DNA from: Nitrososphaerota archaeon
GTDB lineage: Archaea > Thermoproteota > Nitrososphaeria > Nitrososphaerales > JAAOZN01
Assembly: GCA_011605775.1 (NCBI GenBank)
Contig: JAAOZN010000092.1
Location: 547-64,546 of the forward strand
Reading direction: 5' to 3'
DNA: 64,000 nt
Shown here in pieces: positions 18,671-25,314 of this stretch. The notes below the pieces were generated by a model that saw only the letters and a program-made list of their open reading frames with translations, searched no databases and had not been told where the DNA came from. Position numbers and translations under genes: made by a program. Each line of letters begins with the position of its first letter. Position 1 is the first letter of the stretch.

Positions 18671-19641
18671 ATGGAGTACCACGTGATCAACTTGGTTAAG
18701 TCACTTGTTGGAAAGGAGGCATCAGATTCTGAGAAGGCGCATCTTATCAAGATCCTATGGAATGTGGGTAGAGTTCTTCAGCCCCTAGAGATCAACCAAA
18801 TAATTAACAGTTTACCAAAAGAGTTGGTTGCGGATAAAGAGAAGTTGATAAGGTTCTTATTGTTGACAGCCTTTCTTGATCAACAGGCTGATTCGCCTTC
18901 TGCACGGAGCACAGCAATAAAGATACATCAACTATTTGGTGATGACTTGTTTTCAAAACCCCAAGAATGCCTTATACAAATAAATAAGTTGGCAACCATC
19001 AAGGATGAATACAAGATTTCACCTGCTATAGGCAGAGTATTGCCCCGTTTTGGCTGGTTCATCTTAAGGGTCGGAGGCTTTTTAACCTATCAAATGATGT
19101 TGAATAAGAGTAGGCTGTCCGAAAAGTTCGCTGAATGTAAAACGCCGAAAGAGGCGATTATGCTGCTGCAGAGCAACCCTCTTGTTGAGTCATTCTTAGA
19201 GAGAAGGCCGTTAGAATGTATATTTCTTGGATAGGGCACCCTGATTTGGGAATAGATGTATCTAACGGTAAATGGCATAAGTCGCTCTTTGAAATGCCTG
19301 TTGATGGACACGTTGGCAAGATTTTCTCGAGAACTGGACTTGTTTCAGAGGTCGTCCACGAAGGGAAGCAGCATAGTGGAGGTCGCTGGAACATTATCGT
19401 AGCTTCTAAGATGCGGGTGCCAATACAAGAGGTAACAAACCAATATAGCGAGGATTGCATTATGGTTGACCACGGCGCTTTCCAAATAGGTATTAATTGC
19501 TGCCCAGACAATTTAGTAGGCATAGCGTGTGACGTCTGCCCAAGATCCTCCGTCTGTCAAATCAAGTCTAAAATTGGTTGTAAAGGCTATTGCATGCTTC
19601 ACGACTTTTGCAAAAGGAATTTGGTGTGGCGCGCATACTAA
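18671..19641 (+). pseudogene. EndoIII/HhH-GPD-like protein with an Fe-S cluster loop, split by a -1 frameshift near 19200-19234
   Basis: Fragment 2 has PVDGHVGKIFSRTGL (like vDtHv.Rv..RlGl) and C-x8-C-x2-C-x5-C (CPDNLVGIACDVCPRSSVC), close to the EndoIII 4Fe-4S loop. Fragment 1 ends ..SNPLVESFL and frame 1 continues REKAVRMYISW. Confidence 0.45.
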
Positions 19642-19690
19642 TCAGATAATATTAAATACTATCACAACATATGATAATGTGAGGAAAACT

Positions 19691-19849
19691 ATGCCTATGG
19701 TTTACGTTTCAGAGAGAACTAAAAAGTTGTTAGAGAAGATTGTTGAGATACTACGTAAGAATACAAACACGCCAGCTAGAATAGTGAAGAGTGATGCAAT
19801 CCACGCAGCTGTTGAGGAATATGCTAAAAAGCTGGGTGTAAAAGAATGA
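19691..19849 (+). CDS. ribbon-helix-helix (CopG-like) small DNA-binding protein, possible controller
   Basis: 52 aa. N-terminal beta strand MVYVSERTKKLLEKIVEIL followed by two helices. ATGA overlap with the methyltransferase start. Confidence 0.4.
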   Translation: MPMVYVSERTKKLLEKIVEILRKNTNTPARIVKSDAIHAAVEEYAKKLGVKE

Positions 19850-20814
19850 TCTCTACTTGGCATAAAATAATCTTTGGAGATTGCAGAGATATGCACGAAA
19901 TCCCAGACGATTCCATTCATCTAATGGTTACCTCTCCACCCTACTATAACGCTCCATTTGACTACCCAGACCTTTTCAAAAGCTACGATGAGTTTCTCGA
20001 ATTGATGAGGGCATTTGCAAAGGAGCTCTACAGAGTTATGGCTCCAGGGAGAATCGCAGCCTTCGTTACAGACGACATGCTTGTCAAAGGAGAAAAGTAT
20101 CCAGTAGTTTCTGATATCACAAAGATCATGATCGAGGCCGGCTTCAGATACAGAGATAGAATCGTTTGGGAGAAGCCTGAAGGATATATTAGGATTAGCA
20201 GGAGGAGTGGCGTGCTTCTGCAGCACCCTTATCCTATGTACTTTTATCCAGATAACATACAGGAGAGCATCATAATATTTCAGAAAGGCAGATTTAATTT
20301 TGACTATATTAAAAGTTTGGACCCAAAGATCGTGGAAGCCTCGAGAATAGATTTAAAGAAGTACAGTGAGGAAAAATGGTATCTTACCATCTGGAGGATC
20401 ACAAACGTTCTTCCATTCGAAAATAGGCTTGAAAAGGGCGTAGCCGCCTTCCCAGAAGAGATACCAAGACGCCTAATAAAACTATACACATTTGTAGGCG
20501 AAACAGTCCTAGACCCTTTTCTCGGCTCAGGGACCACGACGAAAGTAGCTAAAGAGCTGGGGAGAAACAGCATAGGCTATGAGATAGACCTTGAACTCAA
20601 GGATACCATTTTAAAGAAGATAAACTATAATCAGACCACCCTCGCAAACCACAGATTTGAGATAATAGAGCGCTCAGACGCTAAGAAGCTCAGAACATTC
20701 CTCCAAGAAAAAGTGAAAAACCAACGCTCAGTAGTGAATAAAAACACAATCAAGATTACATCAGCAACATCAACAGATAACAACTACGCCAAAACCCACA
20801 TAAACACACTTTAA
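19846..20814 (+). CDS. beta-class DNA methyltransferase (SPPY motif; N4-cytosine or N6-adenine)
   Basis: Motif IV MVTSPPYYNA precedes motif I LDPFLGSGTT (IV-to-I order means beta class). Confidence 0.8.
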   Translation: MISTWHKIIFGDCRDMHEIPDDSIHLMVTSPPYYNAPFDYPDLFKSYDEFLELMRAFAKELYRVMAPGRIAAFVTDDMLVKGEKYPVVSDITKIMIEAGFRYRDRIVWEKPEGYIRISRRSGVLLQHPYPMYFYPDNIQESIIIFQKGRFNFDYIKSLDPKIVEASRIDLKKYSEEKWYLTIWRITNVLPFENRLEKGVAAFPEEIPRRLIKLYTFVGETVLDPFLGSGTTTKVAKELGRNSIGYEIDLELKDTILKKINYNQTTLANHRFEIIERSDAKKLRTFLQEKVKNQRSVVNKNTIKITSATSTDNNYAKTHINTL

Positions 20815-20936
20815 TCACAATAATCAAAAAAGCTGTTCGCTGGCGAGTTTGTAAGTTTTACTTGAAAACTTTGATCCAATTGTCTTCCGCATATTCACCA
20901 TTTTTAGAAGGAGATGAAGATGCGGGCCCGCCGGGA

Positions 20937-20960
20937 CACCCGGAACCCTCTCTTGGGTTT
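20937..20960 (-). other. tRNA intron 2 (24 nt, T-loop position 59/60), BHB motif with one extra unpaired C
   Basis: The outer helix is the T stem CCGGG/CCCGG. Central helix UCCG/CGGG. Bulges AA|A and UG|U. Inner hairpin AACCC-AAGAGA-GGGUU. Confidence 0.7.
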
Positions 20961-20989
20961 TTCGGACCCGGGACCCCCGGGTTAAAAGC

Positions 20990-21011
20990 TTCACCGAGGC
21001 TCTTTGCCTCA
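20990..21011 (-). other. tRNA intron 1 (22 nt, position 30/31), canonical hBHBh' motif
   Basis: Central helix CACC/GGUG. Bulges GG|U and AA|G. Inner hairpin GAGGC-AAAGA-GCCUC. Outer helix GAG/CUU. Confidence 0.8.
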
Positions 21012-21088
21012 CCGGTGCTCTACCTGGCTGAGCTACGGGCCCGCTGTATGGAGGGTTTAAGTAGGGACTATTATCTCTTTATGTTGGT

Positions 21089-22102
21089 TTGGAGAGTGGG
21101 TTGCTGGCTGAGTTTCCTTTTAAGAAGGCGGAGAATCTTAGGCGTGTGCTTGTGGTTACTCATAGGAATGCTGATGTTGATGCCTACGCTTCAGCGTACG
21201 GTGTTGCGCATATTCTGAGGAGGCTTAACTCTAGGTGTGTGGTTGCGGTTGCTGCTCCAGAGGGGCTCAGCGGTTTGGCTAGGGTTGTGCAGGCTGAGTA
21301 CCCTCTTGAGGTTGTGTCTTCGCCTCGGTTTGAGGAGCAGGATATGGTGGTTATAGTGGATACTGGGCACGCGCAGCTTCTGAGTGATTGGGTTGAGCCG
21401 ATTAAGAGCGTTGAATGTAGTAAAGTGCTGATAGATCACCACCCTCATTCGGAGAGTGTGAAGCAGCTCGTAGACCATCTGCTGGTAGATGAGGAGGCGA
21501 CCTCAACTAGCGAGATCGTGCTCTCCATACTTGAGGCGAAGCATATGAAGATACCTCAGAAGGTCGCTGAAGTGCTCCTATTGGGTCTTATGACAGACAC
21601 AGCTGGTCTAAACTTAGCCGAATGCACAACGCTTGAGAACGCCGTCAAACTCTGCAGATGTGGCGCTTCACTCGCCAAGGCTAGGCAGATGCTCCGAGTC
21701 AAGAAGGATGCGTCTGAGAAGATAGCTAGATTAAAGGCTGCTCAGAGGCTTAAGATCTACAGGCTTGAGGACTGGATCGTAGCGGTAACACACGTAGGCT
21801 CTTACCAAGCCTCAGCAGCAAGAGCTCTAATAGACTTGGGTGCGGATGTAGCTGCAGCGTTGGGTGAAGTCGATGATGAGGTGAGGGGGAGCCTTAGGGC
21901 TACTCAAGAGTTCTGTGAGAAGAGTGGCATACACCTTGGGGTGGATGTTGCTGAGAAGGTTGGTGCTGCGCTACAAGGTGCAGGTGGAGGTCACGCTGGT
22001 GCGGCATCATTCACAGCAAAAAGACCTCTACAAGAAGCTGCGGATAAAGTATTGCTCACCTTGGCTAGGAAGGTTGATGCTCCGCTTCAGGAGATAACTT
22101 AG
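21089..22102 (+). CDS. DHH-family phosphoesterase (NrnA/RecJ-like)
   Basis: Motifs THRNADVDAYAS, VIVDTGH and LIDHHPH, with a C-terminal GGGHAGAA (DHHA1). Confidence 0.75.
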   Translation: MESGLLAEFPFKKAENLRRVLVVTHRNADVDAYASAYGVAHILRRLNSRCVVAVAAPEGLSGLARVVQAEYPLEVVSSPRFEEQDMVVIVDTGHAQLLSDWVEPIKSVECSKVLIDHHPHSESVKQLVDHLLVDEEATSTSEIVLSILEAKHMKIPQKVAEVLLLGLMTDTAGLNLAECTTLENAVKLCRCGASLAKARQMLRVKKDASEKIARLKAAQRLKIYRLEDWIVAVTHVGSYQASAARALIDLGADVAAALGEVDDEVRGSLRATQEFCEKSGIHLGVDVAEKVGAALQGAGGGHAGAASFTAKRPLQEAADKVLLTLARKVDAPLQEIT

Positions 22103-22149
22103 TTTAGGTAAGGATTTAATATAGCTGGTTTTGCAGCACGATATGCGCC

Positions 22150-22992
22150 TTGCCGAAGATCATTGAGATAAAAGGGTTCACATTCTACTACTCAGGCTCA
22201 ACAAAACCAGCACTCAAAGACATAGAGTTGAGCATAGAGGAGGGGGAGATAGTAATCATCGCAGGCCCGAGCGGATGCGGCAAATCAACGCTACTAAGAA
22301 GCATAAACGGGCTCATACCACACATGTACAGCGGCACATACATAGGTGAAGTCTACGTCAACGATCTGAAGGTGAGCGAACACCCGATCTCTGAAATAGC
22401 TAAGCACGTGGGCTACGTCTTCCAGAACCCTGAGAACCAGATCTTTATGTTCACGGTTGAGAGGGACGTAGCCTTCGGCTTAGAGAACCTCGGCTTACCT
22501 AGGGATGAGATTAGGAAGCGGGTTGACTGGGCTATCGACCTACTCGGCATAAGAGAGATTGCGCATAGAGCGCCCCACGAGATTTCAGATGGGCAGAAGC
22601 AGAGGGTTGCGATAGCTGGTGTGTTGGCTATGAAACCCAGACTGCTGATACTCGATGAGCCAACCTCTCTCCTCGACCCACTCAGCGCACTCGACCTCAT
22701 AAACACGGTCAAACATCTACACGACACACTAAACCTTACCGTGCTCATCGTGGAGCACAGGCTTGATCTCCTAGTTTCGATAGCGGATAGGCTCGTGGTT
22801 ATGGATGAGGGTAGAATCCTCTACAACGGTAAACCGAGGGAAGTGCTGAGCGACGAGAGCCTCATAACAATAGGTGTTGGTGTACCTTCAATCGTAAGGT
22901 TGCAGCACCTCTTAAAGGACGCCTGCAACTTTAAGACGCTCGCTCTAACACCCGCTGAGTTTGTGGAGCAGATAGTTGAGGTCTTAAGATGA
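22150..22992 (+). CDS. ecfA1: ECF transporter ATPase component
   Basis: Walker A GPSGCGKST, signature ISDGQKQR, Walker B LLILDEPTS. Followed by a second ATPase and a T component. Confidence 0.85.
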   Translation: MPKIIEIKGFTFYYSGSTKPALKDIELSIEEGEIVIIAGPSGCGKSTLLRSINGLIPHMYSGTYIGEVYVNDLKVSEHPISEIAKHVGYVFQNPENQIFMFTVERDVAFGLENLGLPRDEIRKRVDWAIDLLGIREIAHRAPHEISDGQKQRVAIAGVLAMKPRLLILDEPTSLLDPLSALDLINTVKHLHDTLNLTVLIVEHRLDLLVSIADRLVVMDEGRILYNGKPREVLSDESLITIGVGVPSIVRLQHLLKDACNFKTLALTPAEFVEQIVEVLR

Positions 22993-23804
22993 TCGAGTTC
23001 ATCAACGTCTCCTACATACACCCGACAGGCGTAAAGGCATTAGATGATGTTACTATTCAGTTTAGGCAAGGCGAACTAGTAGCAATAGTGGGTGCGAATG
23101 GTGCCGGGAAGACCACGCTGGTTAAGCATATGAATGGGCTTCTTAAACCGACGAAGGGCACGGTCAAGGTCTTCGGCTACGACACGACCCAGCAGACTGT
23201 AGCATCGCTTTCAAGGAGGGTCGGGATAGTCTTTCAGAACGCAGACCACCAACTCTTCTCAGACACCGTTGAGCACGAAATAGAGTTTGGGCTGAGGAAC
23301 TTTGGCTTCAGCGAAGATATCGTAGCGCAGAGGGTAGAGTGGGCACTAACCTTCTTCGGGCTAAAAGAGTATGCCAACACTTCACCTATGATGCTAAGCG
23401 GAGGCGAGAAGAAGAGGCTCTGTTTGGCTGCTGTGTTAGCTTGGAATCCAGATGTGCTGGTGCTCGATGAACCCACCGTGGGTCAAGACCTCCTTCACAA
23501 GGAGAAGCTGGAGCAGATAATCCGCCTACTATTAACCCAAGGTAAGACCGTGATCGTGGTTTCACACGACATAGAGTTCCTCTGGCCTATGCAGCCCAGG
23601 ACAGTCGTTATGAGTAGGGGTAAGATCGTAGCTGATGGTCCTGCGAGTAAAGTTTTCACCGACGATTTTATCTTGTCTACAGCTAGGCTGATAAAGCCTC
23701 AGCTAGTTGAGCTTTCGCAGCGCCTCAAGGTGGATAGCGTAGATATTTTCGACAACATATATACAGCGAAGCGCTGGATCTTGAGTAGAGTTAGGTGTTC
23801 GTGA
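22989..23804 (+). CDS. ecfA2: ECF transporter ATPase component
   Basis: Walker A GANGAGKTT, signature LSGGEKKR, Walker B VLVLDEPT. ATGA overlap with ecfA1. Confidence 0.85.
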   Translation: MIEFINVSYIHPTGVKALDDVTIQFRQGELVAIVGANGAGKTTLVKHMNGLLKPTKGTVKVFGYDTTQQTVASLSRRVGIVFQNADHQLFSDTVEHEIEFGLRNFGFSEDIVAQRVEWALTFFGLKEYANTSPMMLSGGEKKRLCLAAVLAWNPDVLVLDEPTVGQDLLHKEKLEQIIRLLLTQGKTVIVVSHDIEFLWPMQPRTVVMSRGKIVADGPASKVFTDDFILSTARLIKPQLVELSQRLKVDSVDIFDNIYTAKRWILSRVRCS

Positions 23805-24532
23805 TGTATTGGCTCGCTAACGCCTTCATATTCCGAAGAAGGTATTCACCCATACACATCCTAGATCCACGTATAAAGCTCCTTATTTCAATCGAACTAT
23901 TTACGCTCTCACTAATCAGCTCAACCGTAGCACACATAGCTATAACCTTAGCTGCGATCTTCGCGGTAGCAGCTTTAGCCAAGATCTTGGAGCGGATGTA
24001 CCGCACCCTCTTGTTCTCAGCAGCCTTCTCCATACTCATCTTCGTAATAAACTTCTTGGTAGGCTACTCCATCCTAACATCTCTTGTACTAGCCGCTAGG
24101 TTCGTAGCCATCGTAGGCTCAACCTCACTATTCTTCCTAACAACCTCACCAGACGAGCTGGAGTATGTGATGAAGTGGTTCAGACTACCGCAAGATGTGG
24201 TCTTCGCCTTCGTCACAGCGGTCAGATTCGTACCAGTCCTCATGCTAGATGCCATCCAAATCATGGATGCGCAGAAGTCTAGGGGGCTGGAGCTTGAGCG
24301 AGGGAACTTCATCAACCGAATCAAGAAGCTAGCACCCATACTAATACCACTAGTAGTAACCGCCGTAATAAGGAGCAGCGAGCTAGCAGAAGCCATGGAG
24401 GCGAGAGCATACGGCGCGGTCAAGAACCCAACATCACTATACACCCTAACCCTAAAGAGAAGAGATAAGTTGGTCGGGATACTAAGCGTAGTGATCTTTG
24501 CAGCGTTCCTAATATACTTCCTCAGAGGCTAA
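23795..24532 (+). CDS. ecfT: ECF transporter transmembrane (T) component (CbiQ family)
   Basis: 245-aa polytopic membrane protein containing the ...A.RF.P.......I..A...RG motif region (AVRFVPVLMLDAIQIMDAQKSRG). Confidence 0.75.
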   Translation: MFVMYWLANAFIFRRRYSPIHILDPRIKLLISIELFTLSLISSTVAHIAITLAAIFAVAALAKILERMYRTLLFSAAFSILIFVINFLVGYSILTSLVLAARFVAIVGSTSLFFLTTSPDELEYVMKWFRLPQDVVFAFVTAVRFVPVLMLDAIQIMDAQKSRGLELERGNFINRIKKLAPILIPLVVTAVIRSSELAEAMEARAYGAVKNPTSLYTLTLKRRDKLVGILSVVIFAAFLIYFLRG

Positions 24533-24654
24533 CACAGCGAAACCAACAAAAACAATGTCGGCGAAGTTGTGAAGAAAACTTTTTTAGAGGGTGTGTTGTG
24601 GCGAACCCCGTGTGATTCTTGGCTGCCACTGTTGGTGGGGAAGTAAAGAGTAGC

Positions 24655-25233
24655 ATGATAGGACTTCTAACACTTATCACACAGACCGTATCCCAGATTT
24701 CAGACGAGGAGATAGGTAGGTTTGTTGAGAAGATAATGGAGCACAGGCAGAGCAAAATACTAGTTATGGGTGCTGGTCGAAGCGGGATGGTCGGCAGAGC
24801 CTTCGCACTCAGGCTTCTACACCTAGGCTACCAAGTCTACATACTTGGAGACACACTTGTGCCATCAATAGGTGCCGAGGACCTCGTTATAGCCATCTCA
24901 GGCTCAGGCGCAACCAAGCTCGTAGTCACAGCTGCTGAAGCAGCCAAAGCGGTTGGCGCAGAAATCGCGGCTGTAACATCTTTCCCAGACTCCCCGCTAG
25001 CCAAGCTAGCGGATCTAAAGGTTATAGTTAAAGGTAGGGTTATGGACCAAAAGCAAAGTAGAGAAGACTACTTCGCACGGCAGATATTGGGGCTACACGA
25101 GCCCCTAGCACCCCTAGGCACACTATTCGAGGACTCCTGCATGGTGTTCTTCGACGCTGTAGTTTCTGTGCTGCTTGAGAAGCACAAGCTCAGCGAAGAG
25201 GAGATGAGAAACAGGCACGCAAACATCGAGTAA
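24655..25233 (+). CDS. hxlB: 6-phospho-3-hexuloisomerase (SIS domain)
   Basis: KILVMGAGRSGMVGRAFALRLLHLGY...VIAISGSGATK is typical of PHI. SD GGTGGGG lies upstream of the ATG at 24655. Confidence 0.7.
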   Translation: MIGLLTLITQTVSQISDEEIGRFVEKIMEHRQSKILVMGAGRSGMVGRAFALRLLHLGYQVYILGDTLVPSIGAEDLVIAISGSGATKLVVTAAEAAKAVGAEIAAVTSFPDSPLAKLADLKVIVKGRVMDQKQSREDYFARQILGLHEPLAPLGTLFEDSCMVFFDAVVSVLLEKHKLSEEEMRNRHANIE

Positions 25234-25260
25234 ATAGGCGCAACACTGGCTGAAAACATC

Positions 25261-25268
25261 TATAAATA
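25261..25268 (+). promoter_or_regulatory. TATA box (TATAAATA) for aEF-2
   Basis: Lies 47-54 nt upstream of the ATG at 25315, with the purine-rich SD GAAGGTGGTGGG at 25301-25312. Confidence 0.45.
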
Positions 25269-25314
25269 CTGGCGGTAATAGGCTGATGATTGGGTTAGAA
25301 GAAGGTGGTGGGCG

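Larger units (their letters stand above)
3028..20922 (+). mobile_element. integrated siphovirus-like element (tail module, broken terminase, accessory cluster) abutting the tRNA-Lys 3' end; probably defective
   Basis: One co-directional, tightly packed or overlapping gene block. Contains gp6-like adaptor, tail tube, chaperone, HK97 gp10-like, tape measure, distal tail, LamG and discoidin proteins and TerL fragments. Bounded by an AT-rich promoter region on the left and the tRNA on the right. No portal, MCP, protease or integrase recognised and no att repeat found. Confidence 0.7.
20923..21042 (-). tRNA. tRNA-Lys (UUU) with two BHB introns (positions 30/31 and 59/60)
   Basis: Minus strand: GGGCCCG UA GCUC AGCCAGGUA GAGC A CCGG[22 nt]G CUUUUAA CCCGG GGGUC CCGGG UCCGAA[24 nt]U CCCGG CGGGCCC G. 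The spliced form is a 74-nt cloverleaf with 7/7 acceptor pairs and 5/5 anticodon and T stems. CCA is not encoded. The T-loop reads UCCGAAU (C at position 55). Confidence 0.85.

Noticed and set aside
16685-19240. BHB introns as an explanation for the TerL and glycosylase frameshifts (and those of the permease at 46100-46290).
   Set aside because: Fixing these shifts would need excision of 3n+1 or 3n+2 nt. By eye I found no 4-bp helix flanked by opposed 3-nt bulges with such spacing. The only hairpin, at 19191-19218, would remove 24 nt. The permease shifts are simple 1-nt indels relative to its paralog.
20824-21218. ORFs 20824-21012 (-) and 20862-21218 (+).
   Set aside because: They overlap the tRNA-Lys gene and its GC-rich stems, have Pro/Gly/Arg-rich composition, and show no coding support.
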